A DNA stretch of 63,942 nt, filler included, from Octopus bimaculoides (Eukaryota): assembly GCF_001194135.2 (NCBI RefSeq). It is 5 parts of 5 records of this genome, joined end to end, with 100 filler letters (N's around TTAATTAATTAA, not from the genome) between each part and the next. Parts side by side here need not be neighbours in the genome. Positions count along the whole stretch, not along the records: positions 13,270 to 44,389 come from NC_068986.1; positions 44,490 to 48,552 come from NC_068989.1; positions 48,653 to 57,885 come from NC_068991.1; 2 more parts are not named here. One strand, given 5' to 3'. Below the pieces are notes generated by a model, which saw only the letters and a list, made by a program, of their open reading frames with translations, ran no database searches and had not been told where the DNA came from. Position numbers and translations under genes: made by a program. How positions within the stretch are numbered: position 1 is the stretch's first letter; the number at the start of each line of letters is the position of its first letter. Shown piece by piece: positions 38,049-50,320 of the stretch.

Positions 38049-38130
38049 TGTATGTATGTATGTATGTATGTATGTATGTATGAATGTATGTATGTATGTG
38101 TGTATGTATGTATGTATGTATGTATGTATG
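38047..38130 (+). repeat. (TATG)n microsatellite
   Basis: Direct observation. Confidence 0.95.
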
Positions 38131-39639
38131 TGTGAGGTGTGTGCATTTGTTTGCGTAAGGATTCACTGTTTTTCTGCAATCGTTGAATATAGCATCGCTT
38201 TCAAATATCAAGGAGTGATACCATTTTTAAGCCATAATGTACTAAGCGAATGATGTGATTTAGGATCTCTTCAGACCTCATTAACGTCAAATTTGGACTC
38301 TGATGTATTTTGACCATGTCGAGTCTTCCACCTCGCTTTCATAATCGGATTATTAATATCTCCATTAGCATTAGGCACAAGTTTTTAAACAGTAAGCATG
38401 AAACAATTTATCAATAAAACAAATACTTTAGTCATACTTTTTCCTCTCCATCTATTTTTCTCTATTTCTTTATATTTCTAGTTTGTTTTTCTCCATTTTT
38501 CTCAACCCTTTTTTGTATATCCATGTATGAATACAAAGACTATATTGATAAGAAAGGGAAAGCATAAATAAAATAAAACCTATTGGATGAATGATTAGGT
38601 GTAATTTAGAAGAGGCTAAATGTTCGTATAAATAAGATTCATAATTGAAAAAAATGATGATGCTCTTGATAACGGTGTAGTTTTTGCTGGAGTGAGGTGC
38701 TTTGAGATTCAGGCGAAACGGTTGGTTCCATTTTTCTGCACTGTGTTATTCGATAGACATTGAAAGAAGTGCGTGCATAAAATATGCGCTGCGGCATGTA
38801 AAGTGTTTATGGCTTTCTCATAGATGGTGCATTTATCGTAAAGCTGCAAATATGTGATAATGTTTGCTGTTATCAAATATACATATATATATATCTCATT
38901 CTGCATATCTTGCTTCTTGCTTAACGTAGATATGCTGTAGAAAGTCTGAAAACTACAGTATTACAGTATTGTTACAGATAAATATCTCGTATTGGCGTGT
39001 GTATGTGTGTGTGTATGTGTGTGTGCGATATTGTGCGTTATTTTCTACAATTAATTATTTGAATCCTTCCTGTAAAGACTGAACTGCTTTCTAAGCAAGA
39101 TACAAAGCTCCGTCTTTGGAATGTAGATAACAAACATGTCACATGCTGAACTTGACAAAAGTTTTGCATATTTTCAACTGTTCCACACGCGTGTAAGCAG
39201 GTTGGTCTGTTTCTTCCTCTTTTTTCTTCTTCCTCCAAGCCCTATCTTTTTCTGAATTTTGTTATAACCATTCATTACAGGAATCGGTTCTTTTCTGGAT
39301 TTTATTCAAAGAAATTTTATTGATCCACTTAAAAATATTACTGACATGGTTTTCAAAACTATAAGCGGGTTACAACAACAATTATTAAGAGACGACGTTG
39401 CTTCTTCAGTTGATGTACAATAAAGTTTCTACTAGTATGGACCGAATCTAGTCTTCCGTCTAAGAAACTTACGATTTTATGTTTAGTAGTAACGGTTATT
39501 TTTAGGCCAAAAAGCTGAAAAAGATTAATAAGGGATTTAATAAATGTTTCTTATATATGACTACTTACGTATCTTGAGGCAACTGACACATCAATTTCAA
39601 AATTTCAAAATTCTCATACTGTTTTTTTTTTTATCGTTT

Positions 39640-39830
39640 GCTTGCTTCATTCATTAGACTGCAGCCGCGCTGGGGCACCGCCGTGAAAAAACTTTAGTCG
39701 AATGCATCAACACCAGCTGTTTATTTTTAAGCCTGGTAGATTTTGCCGAACTGCTAAGTTACGTGGACGGAAACACAACAGTATCGATTGTCAAGCAGTG
39801 GGAGTGACAAACACACAAACACACACACAT
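39640..39830 (-). mobile_element. SINE family A, 3' half
   Basis: GACTGCAGCCGCGCTGGGGCACCGCC...TTTGCCGAACTGCTAAGTTACGTGGAC. Confidence 0.75.
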
Positions 39831-39866
39831 GCACACACACATATATCGTGAAGTATATTTGCCACT

Positions 39867-40187
39867 TAAATGTGGGTTTCCCATATGGGACGATGCTACT
39901 GTAGTTTATAGCCTCAGAAAGACATCTCCTCCAGCTGGTTAACGACACACTGCCGGTACCTGATCGGTTTTCGCGAAGGGCAATCATCGTTCCCATCTCT
40001 AGCCTGATTGTCACATGGCGATAACGGGTTACTACCCAGAATCCCGGGTTCGTGTGTATCACGTAAGGCTAGAGATGCGAACGATGATTTCACTTCGCAA
40101 AAACTGATCGGGCACAGAGAGTATGCCGTTAGCCAGCTGGGGCTATAAACGACAGTAGCATCGTCCCCTATGGATCAGGCACATTTA
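39867..40187. mobile_element. Foldback MITE with ~140-bp inverted arms
   Basis: TAAATGTG..GGGACGATGCTACTGTAGTTTATAGCC..CATCTCTAGCCT versus AGGCTAGAGATG..GGCTATAAACGACAGTAGCATCGTCCC..CACATTTA. Confidence 0.85.
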
Positions 40188-40267
40188 GGTGGAAAGTATA
40201 CTTCACGATGTCGTGCTGCTACTGTTTAATTCTCACTCAGAGATTTATTATTACTTATATATACATA

Positions 40268-40425
40268 TGCGACGGGCTTCTTTCAGTTTCTGTCTTCAGG
40301 ACTCACTCAGAAAGCTTTGGTCGCCGCGAGGCTGTTGTAGCAGAAGACACCTGCCCAAGGTGCCACGCAGTAGGACTGAACCCGGAACCACGTAATTGTG
40401 AAGCAGTAGCTTACCACACAGCTAT
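40268..40425 (-). mobile_element. SINE family A, 5' half
   Basis: GACGGGCTTCTTTCAGTTTC...CCCAAGGTGCCACGCAGTAGGACTGAACCCGGAACC. Confidence 0.8.
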
Positions 40426-41781
40426 TTCTGTCATTTTTTACCCCAAAGTGGTCGTTCCCAGCGCTTAAAATCCATCGGAAATTTTCCAAATGTTTATGAC
40501 TTTACATTCAGGCAATGTCGAAACCGCTTAAGAAATCAATGAAATAAATGTAACGATGTCAAACCGAGTGAACTTAGACTTGTGTTTAAGCTATTATAAT
40601 GGACTACATAATTCTATTGGACTATAAAATGATTAGACTGATATTATTCCTTCGCTTCAGTCTCATCTTTTTCATAACGTTTTTATTAATTTTTCTTGAG
40701 AAAGCAGAGGATATAATTAAGTGCATTCGATAGAAAGCAGTCTTCCGCAAATTTGATATCACGGAAATAACCACAGTACCTCTAGCGTATTAAACACGAG
40801 CAAGAGTGCAGGGGATTAAACAAATTAAACCTTTCAAATGTGACCTCTTAGACATGTTAGCTAACACACGCTTCCGTGCGCCCATTAACTCTTTCGACAA
40901 CGACGTTAGCGCAGACAAAAATAATCCTAAAACTATTTGCGGACAGTTAGATACATAAATAGATAGCAGTGAATATCATAAAATATTCTCTTTCTAAAGA
41001 AAGATAGCACATATATACAATACTTAATGACATCTCCCAATATTCAAAAACGGCTATTGTCAAAAAAATTAGCTAAAATTGAAATTGGATAAAATCTCAG
41101 TAACATAGAGAATTATATTATGAGATTGGTTTACAAAGATAACTTTTCTTCGATATCAAATATAAATTAATTGCATCAGTTAGAAGTAATATCTAAAGAA
41201 AATTAATTATAATATTAGAAATGCAACCAAACACAAGCTATAGAATAATGGTGGTATAGTAATTAGTCGGTTCAATAGAATTAAAACGAATATTACGAAT
41301 AATATTTGCTATGATTCTACGATCACTCAAGTTGAATTCGTTGAATATAATCTTTTAACTTTGAAATCAATACAGATAACCGCCCTTGGCATCCCTAGAG
41401 CGCATATTCATTTGGATGTTAATGATATTAATTATACTTTGCATGAGAGAATGACACTGGTCTTCGACAAAGAATAGGGCGATGGTTAATAAACAGCATG
41501 GTGAATGTCGTAGACATCACCTACAATTCCAGTACAAATATAACGCAGCTTGATAATAAACCCAATGAAAAAAACTATCATGTATCAGTTATGGTGTTCA
41601 TATACATGTTCATATACATGTTCATATACATGTTCATATACATGTGCAATTCACAAGAAACAGAATGTGTATGAGGATTACCAATCTCTCACGTAAGAAA
41701 ACACATCTTCCTGAAAGTGGTTCCTTATTGCATTAGTTATTTGCGGTTACAGGATTTAAACATTACTACATTCCACTCTGT

Positions 41782-42078
41782 GGAGGCACATGGTCTAGTG
41801 GTTAGAGCAGTGAACTCGCGGTTGAGAAATCGCGCGTTCGAATCCCAGACCGAGCGTTGTGTGTGCTTATGAGCGAAACACCTAAGCTTCACGCGGCTCC
41901 GGCAGAAGGTAATGGTGAACTTCTGCTGACCGTTTCACCATAACTTTCTCTCACTCTTTTCTCCTGCATCTAGCAGCTAACCTGCAACGGACCGGCGTCC
42001 CGTCCAGGTAGGGAACTTATACCCCAATGAAACAGGAAACCGGTCCTTATGAACCAGGTATGGCTCGAGAAGGAACAA
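41782..42078 (+). mobile_element. SINE family C, full length
   Basis: GGAGGCACATGGTCTAGTGGTTAGAGCAG A-box, GTTCGAATCCC B-box and CTGCAACGGACCGGCGTCCCGTCCAGG central motif. Confidence 0.85.
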
Positions 42079-42439
42079 ATTACATCATTCAACTCCCAAA
42101 TCCTGATTGTTATACCTCGCACCCCATTATTCCCTTCATTCTGAATGAATTTTCTCCACAATACTCCATACGTGTTTGCCTTACTATCTCACAAACATGA
42201 ACCCTACGATGGCCATCCCTAGGATCAGTGAGTAAGTGTCACATGCCATGCAGCTTGAGTGAAATGGTGGAGCGCCGTTGTAACATAGGGTATGTCATAG
42301 CCAATTTTTATCGCTGATAAAGTCCATCCGTCTTCGAGTCAAGTCACGAAACGGATAATTTTTATTACAGAAAGTGGGAGATAGAATGAAAGACAAAAGT
42401 GAAGCACTAAAAGAAATACGGCAGGGAGAGTGACACACT

Positions 42440-42618
42440 GACAGAGAGAGACTGAGAGAGAGAGAGAGAGACAGAGAGAGAGAGAGACAGAGACAGACAG
42501 ACAGACAGACAGACAGAGACAGAGACAGACAGACAGAGACAGAGACAGACAGACAGAGACAGACAGACAGGCAGAGACAGGAAGTCAGACAGGCAGACAG
42601 ACAGAGACAGACAGAGAC

Positions 42619-42655
<37 letters not shown>

Positions 42656-42696
42656 GACAGACAGACAGACAGACAGAGACAGACAGAGACAGACAG
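42440..42696 (+). repeat. (GA)n/(CAGA)n compound microsatellite
   Basis: Direct observation. Confidence 0.95.
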
Positions 42697-43152
42697 AGGA
42701 AGGGGTATAAATGCAATGCAGTTCAGATTATACACTTATCGGCGCTAAAAGAATTAAAGTAACATCAGACTTAGTGTTATCTGAACTCAGACGTGTGCGG
42801 AAAATTCACTGCAAAAATGTTGCTGAATAGGAAAATTTGCCGGAAGACAAATTCGCAGAAGGAACAATAATAAGCGTACTATATCATAATTTTTTTTTAA
42901 ATAATAAAAAAAGAATGATTTAAGGTTTTGTAAATGCATTAGACAGACAAATCCTTATTTAACGTCTAAGTTTCAAAAAACAAAAACCTCATGAGGTCAA
43001 TTAAATCGAAATTTCTTGGGGTGAAATTCCCTAGAACCGAATTCAGAATGCAAAGCATCGGAATGAAGATCGCATGGCAATTCATCAGACATCCTATCAC
43101 TTCACCAAACACGCACACCTAATCATAGACACGCAGGAATACACACACACTT

Positions 43153-43229
<77 letters not shown>

Positions 43230-44352
43230 NNNNNNNNNNNNNNNNNNNNNNNNNNNNNNNNNNNNNNNNNNNNNNNNNNNNNNNNNNNNNNNNNNNNNNN
43301 NNNNNNNNNNNNNNNNNNNNNNNNNNNNNNNNNNNNNNNNNNNNNNNNNNNNNNNNNNNNNNNNNNNNNNNNNNNNNNNNNNNNNNNNNNNNNNNNNNNN
43401 NNNNNNNNNNNNNNNNNNNNNNNNNNNNNNNNNNNNNNNNNNNNNNNNNNNNNNNNNNNNNNNNNNNNNNNNNNNNNNNNNNNNNNNNNNNNNNNNNNNN
43501 NNNNNNNNNNNNNNNNNNNNNNNNNNNNNNNNNNNNNNNNNNNNNNNNNNNNNNNNNNNNNNNNNNNNNNNNNNNNNNNNNNNNNNNNNNNNNNNNNNNN
43601 NNNNNNNNNNNNNNNNNNNNNNNNNNNNNNNNNNNNNNNNNNNNNNNNNNNNNNNNNNNNNNNNNNNNNNNNNNNNNNNNNNNNNNNNNNNNNNNNNNNN
43701 NNNNNNNNNNNNNNNNNNNNNNNNNNNNNNNNNNNNNNNNNNNNNNNNNNNNNNNNNNNNNNNNNNNNNNNNNNNNNNNNNNNNNNNNNNNNNNNNNNNN
43801 NNNNNNNNNNNNNNNNNNNNNNNNNNNNNNNNNNNNNNNNNNNNNNNNNNNNNNNNNNNNNNNNNNNNNNNNNNNNNNNNNNNNNNNNNNNNNNNNNNNN
43901 NNNNNNNNNNNNNNNNNNNNNNNNNNNATCATTCGTTATAATAAATTTGTAAAAGGAATATGAATTTTATTACAAATTTTTAAATTCCTACTTACATTTT
44001 ATCCACCCTGTGTATATCTCTTTGCGTCACTTGCGGAAGCGTTTAATTATTATGGCCACACCCTCCAAGCAAAATGTAATAAAATACTTACCAACTCACT
44101 GCATGATGATACAACACTACCTCAGTGTCTGCAACATAACATTGTACATACAAGCAACAGGAGACACCCCACCCCGTGCAACTTAAAACAACATCACACA
44201 TTAACGCCAAACATCATCGTTTCCATACTAACCACCTCTTTCTTGGGTAACCAATCCTACGTGTTGTTACATATGCGTGCCTCCAACTTACTGCGAAATT
44301 ATCGATCCACTATGTTCAACACATGCACATAAATACACACGCATATATATAT

Positions 44353-44389
<37 letters not shown>

Positions 44390-44489
44390 NNNNNNNNNNN
44401 NNNNNNNNNNNNNNNNNNNNNNNNNNNNNNNNNTTAATTAATTAANNNNNNNNNNNNNNNNNNNNNNNNNNNNNNNNNNNNNNNNNNNN
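44390..44489. other. Artificial 100-bp scaffold-join spacer
   Basis: N44-TTAATTAATTAA-N44. Confidence 0.95.
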
Positions 44490-44546
<57 letters not shown>

Positions 44547-45707
44547 CATGTGCATATATATATATATTTCAAATTTTAGCACAAGGCCAGCAATTTCAAG
44601 GAGGGGATCAGTCGATTATGTTGACACGACCAGTGCTCAGCTGGTACTTATTTTAAGATGGCAGGGTGCGGTTTGAGGGAGTTTGGCTGCTATTTCCCTG
44701 TCCATTAAGTCTCCTCGTAGACGGTCTCTATTGTGTTGGTGGTAGCTGTGGTGTATAGCTGGTTATTGTTCGCGTTGTAGTAGCTGTAGTTGGTGATGTT
44801 GGTGGCGATGATGATGGTGTTTGCTATTAATGGTGGTGGTGGGTTTGGTGGTGATAATGATGATGATGGCTGTGGTAGAGAAAGTGTTTGTGGTGGTGGT
44901 AGTGCTGTTATTGTTGATGGTGGTGTAATGTCAGTGATGAAAGTGGGGTAGGTGGTGCCGGCCGTGTGGCTGGTGTGCTGGTGGTGGTAGTGGAGATGTC
45001 AGTATGTGTAACTGCATGTGTATGTTGAGAGGGAGGAAAACGCAAGGGCATGACAAAATAGCCAAAGGGCAGACAATTCTGGTGGTAGAAGAATGGGAAT
45101 GAAAAGAAAAAGAAAGGAGAGAGAAAAACAACAGGGAAAAGAAAGAAGAAATATTGGTATTGTTGTTAGTGGTGGTGTTGGTGGTGGGTGATAAAAAGTA
45201 TGGACGTTTTAAGGTAAGCTATGAAGTTAGAAAGAAGTTTGAAAGGAAGGAAAGAAGGGGATAGGATGGGGAGGAAGTGATAGTGGTGGTATCGGGGAAG
45301 GAGGAGAAGGAGGTGAGAGTTAGTAAATGTGGAAGTGAGAGATGGAAAAGAAAGGTTAACAGTTTGTGAGAAAGGAGGATGAGAGGGTCCCGTTTGTGGA
45401 GAACGTTGGCGTGTTGATCTACAACAACAACAATTGCGAACTACGAAAACAACAGCCACAGCAATACCAAGTAACATCACCATTTGTGACAATCACAAAA
45501 ATTGAAATTAAAGACAAAAACATAAAACAGCCAAAAAGACAAGAGCGACAACAACAACAGTAGCAACAACAAAAATAACTATTATAGCAACAACAACAGC
45601 AAAAATAGCAACCCTAACATGACCAACATTACCGATCAAACAATAGTATCAATTTCGTTTTGTATTTGGTTTGCAAGATTCTTTCTGTGAATTCGTGTGT
45701 TGAAGCA

Positions 45708-45824
45708 TATTTTATTGTGTCTGGGGTGAGTCATTCTGTCTTACTGCCTTATTAATCGAACCGGTGAGTATGTTAATTAATAAGGCGTTAAAACAGAATG
45801 ACACTCCCCAGACACAATAAAATA
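45708..45824. mobile_element. Small hairpin MITE (~50-bp inverted arms)
   Basis: TATTTTATTGTGTCTGGGG..GTCATTCTG..GCCTTATTAAT / ATTAATAAGGC..CAGAATGAC..CCCCAGACACAATAAAATA. Confidence 0.75.
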
Positions 45825-46519
45825 GTACCAATGACAACAACAAAAAACAACAATAGTTTTTTCTCTTTTTTGTTTCCATTCTACTATAGGCACAAAGTCT
45901 GAAATTTTTGGTTAGGAGGGGGTCTAATCAATTATATGGTTTCCAATTTTGGCACGGTTTTTAAGGGGAGGGAGCTAGTCGTTTACATCGACCCCGAAAG
46001 AATGAATGGCAAGGTCGACCTCAGCAGTCTATCGTGTGACCGTTCATATTGCTTGAAATCATCTCTGTACGGGGCCATCATCTCAGTACATTCCATCATC
46101 TCTGTACAGGGCCGATCTGTGGGATTGTGTGCTCTTTTTAGGGTATCCAAGATAAATAATCCAACCTCGTCGAGTTATTTATCAGCACCGTTGTAGCTCG
46201 CCGAAGATATATCGAACAGATGGTCGCTTTCTACTTTAACCCATGAGTAACTTTTTAGCATTCATTTTTATTGTAATATCAGAGTCTTTAATTCTGGTAC
46301 ATTGTCTACTGAAATCTAAGGCATTCAACAGGACAAGCTACGATATTGAAAAGTAAAAAAAAAAAAAACACGATAGCAAACTGGGTGAAATTACCGGCTG
46401 CTTTAATTTCGATGTCGCGGGACCAGTTGATTGTTGTAATGCTAAGTCAACTCTGAAGCCCTTCTGATATCGGTACTGATGGCATCAAGAATGCGCTTAC
46501 TTACAATGTCTATATCGTA

Positions 46520-46925
46520 TTTAGCGAGGTAGGGTAGCTTGCATTTAAAATTGGAAAAGCAAGTTGGACATATGGTCCTTAAGTGTGATATAGGGAGAGT
46601 GCTGTGGGTGGTTAACACAATCTTTAATCTTAGGAGAGTGGCTAGATTTTTCGCGAGCTTTCTTGTCCATTTCGATGATTGCGTTTGTAAGTTGTTTTGA
46701 GCTTGGAGATGTTTGCCTCACATATGTTCTTTACTTTGTTAGAGAGACTGTGTACATTAGATGATTGTTTAAAGTGTTTCATATATCTCTGGAAGAAACT
46801 TAGAAGTGATTAGAACAATGCTGATATCTTAGCTACTTGATAATTCTCATAAAATCAGCTTTGAAATACTCAAGTTGCTTTATCGGAAGAGAGTACTTTC
46901 GGGATTTGAAACCGAATTTATCTGT
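46520..46925 (-). mobile_element. Penelope-like element, N-terminal RT-region remnant
   Basis: DKFGFKSRK..PIKQLEYFKADF..II, KQLTNAI and SPYITLKDHMSN resemble the Penelope YGFKS..L..FE.DL and FITLKDHK.NF motifs. Confidence 0.7.
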
Positions 46926-47009
46926 GGAGGTGCAGGCGGTCGGATTATCGAAGGCAACAGACTTTTGATTACACTTTTATTCTTTCTATTTTTTTTCGAT
47001 AAGGCATTC

Positions 47010-47421
47010 ATTTATTTTTTTTTATCCGTTTACTTGTTTCAGTCATTTGACTGCGGCCATGCTGGAGAACCACCTTGAAGGGTGTTAGTCGAAGAAATCG
47101 ACCCCAAAACTTATTCTTTGTCAGCCTAATACTTATTCTATCGGTGTCTTTCGCCGAACCGCTAGGTTACGGAGACATAAACACACCAGTATCGGTTGTC
47201 AAGCGATGGCGCGGGAACACACACACACGCACGCACGCACACACACACGCTAATTCGATTACATCGACCTCAGTGTCCAACTGATACTTAATTTATCGAC
47301 CTCGAAAGGATGAAAGGCAAAGTCGACCTCAGCGGAATTTGAACTCAGATCTTAAAGACGGATGAAATGTCGCTAAGCATTTCGCCCGGCGTGCTAACGA
47401 TTCTACCATGTCACCGCCTTA
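47010..47421 (-). mobile_element. SINE family A 3' half (~47010-47230) followed by SINE family B (~47255-47421)
   Basis: TTTCGCCGAACCGCTAGGTTACGGAGAC; GAAAGGATGAAAGGCAAAGTCGACCTCAGCGGAATTTGAACTCAG. Confidence 0.85.
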
Positions 47422-47629
47422 AAACAGCTCATAATTATTGAGAATAAATTAAGTAGAAAGAACTATTTATATGCACGCATATAAATATACATACATATAC
47501 ACACGCGCGCGTGCACGAATACTCACACACACATACAAACATACATACAAATATACATACATACACACATATGTATACATACAAACATACAAACATATGT
47601 GTGTATGTGTGTGTATGTGTGTGTGTCTT

Positions 47630-47845
47630 TATGTTTGTGTGTGTCTCCCACCATTGCTTGACAACCGGTGTTGGTTTGTTTACGTTTCCGTAACTTAGCG
47701 GTTCGCCGGCAACGGACACGGATAGGATAAGTATCAGGCTTTAAAAGAAAATAAGTGTTGGGTTCAATTCGTTCGTCTAAAATCCTTCAAGGCGGTGCCC
47801 CAGCATGGCCGCAGTCTAATGACTGAAACAATTAAAAGATAAAGT
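47630..47845 (+). mobile_element. SINE family A, 3' half
   Basis: GTAACTTAGCGGTTCG...GGCCGCAGTCTAATGACTGAAAC. Confidence 0.85.
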
Positions 47846-48315
47846 ATATGATACTGTAATAAAGAATGCTGCTTATTAATTAGTAGTGAGTATGTAACTT
47901 TTACTAAATGAAAACAATTTCTAAGTCTATACCGTCTAGAGAGGAGTTGGGTGGTTTAGAGGTTAGGGTGTTGATCGCATGATCGTAAGATTGTGGCATA
48001 GGGTCGTATAATATATAATAATGAAGCAATACCAAATAATGATATTTTGAATGCATTTAATGCATACATTTCAGACAGCTCTCTATTTTCCTCTCTATAA
48101 ATATCCTTCCCCTTCTGGCGACTTCCTCTCCTCTTCTAATAGACGACTTAAACAGACCTGAAAGGGCGACTTCCATCAATTTTCACTGAGGCAGAGCTTG
48201 CATAAAAGATGAATTTCTGTTTGTTTTTTATCTATTACGCAATGTTCTGGAACGCATGTATTAAATGCATTCGAAATATCATTACTTGGTTGACACGTAA
48301 AATACACCATTTCGA

Positions 48316-48545
48316 GCGTGGCCGTCGCCAGTTCCGCCTGACTGGCCCTTGTGCCGATGGCACGTAAAAGCACCCACTACACTCTCGGAGTGGTTGGCGT
48401 TAAGAAGGGCATCCAGCTAACTCTGCCAAATCAGATTGGAGCCTGGTGTCGCCTCCTGGTCCACCAGTCCTCAGTCAAATCGTCCAACCCATGCTAGCAT
48501 GGAAAGCGGACGTTAAACGACGATGATGATGATGATGATGATGAT
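48316..48545 (+). mobile_element. SINE family D, 3' part with (GAT)n tail
   Basis: GTGGTTGGCGTTAAGAAGGGCATCCAGC...CCAACCCATGCTAGCATGGAAAGCGGACGTTAAACGACGATGATGAT. Confidence 0.75.
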
Positions 48546-48552
48546 ATATATA

Positions 48553-48652
48553 NNNNNNNNNNNNNNNNNNNNNNNNNNNNNNNNNNNNNNNNNNNNTTAA
48601 TTAATTAANNNNNNNNNNNNNNNNNNNNNNNNNNNNNNNNNNNNNNNNNNNN
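48553..48652. other. Artificial 100-bp scaffold-join spacer
   Basis: N44-TTAATTAATTAA-N44. Confidence 0.95.
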
Positions 48653-48849
48653 GAGGGAGAGATGAAAGGAGGGGAGAGCAGAGGATGGGACAGCAGAGGA
48701 GAGGGATAGCGGAGGAAGGGAAGAACAGAGGAGGGGGAGAGCAGAGGAGGGGGAGAGCAGAGAAGGGGGTGAGAGCGGAGGACGGGGAGAGCAGAGGAGG
48801 GAGAGGGCGGAGAACGGGGAGAGCAGAGGAGGCTCTCCCAGTAATGCCC

Positions 48850-49115
48850 CCTCCCAGTAATTTAGAGGTTCGGCAATGGAGATTTATTAAATGTGCCCCA
48901 TGACTTAGCGGTTCGGCAATGGATTTCGATAAAATTCCGCCCCCTCCGTAATCTAGCATTTCGGCAATGGAGATCGATAAAAGGCCCCCCCGCCGCCGGG
49001 GTCTAGCGGATGGGCAATGGAGATCAATATAATACACCCACCTCTGTAACCTAAGAATTCGGAAAATGGAGATCGTTAAGATGCCCACCCCTCACGCAAC
49101 CTAACGGTTAGGCAA
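48850..49115 (-). repeat. Degenerate reverse-oriented copies (~6) of the 42-bp satellite
   Basis: Repeated TAGCGGTTCGGCAATGGAGATCGATAAAA. Confidence 0.85.
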
Positions 49116-50320
49116 TGGACATTTTATCGAACTTCATTGCCGAACCGCTAGTTCACGGGGAGATTTTATCGATATCTATTGCCGAACCGCTAATTCACGG
49201 GGACATTTTATCGATCTCCATTGCCGAACCACTAGATCACGATGATATTTTAGCGATCTCCATTGCCGAAGCGCTAATTCACAGGGACATTTTATCGATC
49301 AGCATTGCCGAACCGCTAAGACACGGGGACATTTTATCAATCTCCAAGGCCGAACAGCTAGTTCACGGGGACATTTTATCGAACTCCATTGCCGAACCGC
49401 TAATTCACGGGAACATTTTATTGATCTCTATTGCCGAACCACTAATTCACGGGGACATTTTATCGATCACCATTGCCGAACCGCTAGATCACGGGGACAT
49501 TTTATCGAACACCATTGCCAAACCGCTAAGTCAAGGGGACATTTTGTCGATCTACATTGCCAAACCGCTAGTCTCACGGGGACATTTTATCGATCTCCAT
49601 TGCTGAACCGCCTAGATCACGGGGACATTTTATCAATCAACATTACCGAACCGCTAGTTCACGGGGTCATTTTATCGAACTCCATTGCCGAACCGCTAGT
49701 TCACGGGGACACTTTATCGATATTCATTGCCGAACCGCTATGTTACGGGGACATTTTATCGAACACCATTGCCGAATCGCTAATGCATGGGGACATTTTA
49801 TCGAAATCCATTGCCGAATCGCTAGTTCACGGGGACATTTTATCGTTATCACTGCTGAACCGCTAAGTCACGGGGACAATTTATCGATCTTCATTGCCGA
49901 ACCGCTAATGCACGGGGACATTTTATCGAACTCCATTGCCGAACCGCTAAGTCACGGGGACATTTTATCGACCATCATTGCCGAACCGCTAGTCACAGGG
50001 AGACATTTTATCGATATCCATTGCTGAACCGCCTAGATCACGGGGACATTTTATCAATCTCCATTGCCGAACCGCTATGTTACGGGGACATTTTATCGAA
50101 CACCATTGCCGAATCGCTAATGCATGGGGACATTTTATCGAAATCCATTGCCGAATCGCTACGTCACGGGGACATTTTATCGATCTTTATTGCCGAACCG
50201 CTATATCACGGGGACATTTTATCGATCTCATTGCCGTACCGCTAAGTCATGGGGACATTTTATCGATCTCATTGCCGTACCGCTAAGTCACGGGGACATT
50301 TTATCGATCCCCATTGCCGT
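49116..50320 (+). repeat. 42-bp tandem satellite, ~29 copies
   Basis: Consensus approx. CATTGCCGAACCGCTAGTTCACGGGGACATTTTATCGATCTC; period 41-43 bp. Confidence 0.95.

Noticed and set aside
41782-41860. tRNA genes (also SINE heads at 13883, 17808, 28130)
   Set aside because: The A/B-box-like heads run into SINE bodies and no complete cloverleaf is evident.
44730-45620. His/Pro-rich or Gln-rich ORFs
   Set aside because: Low-complexity GGT/CAA-rich sequence with no splice or homology support.
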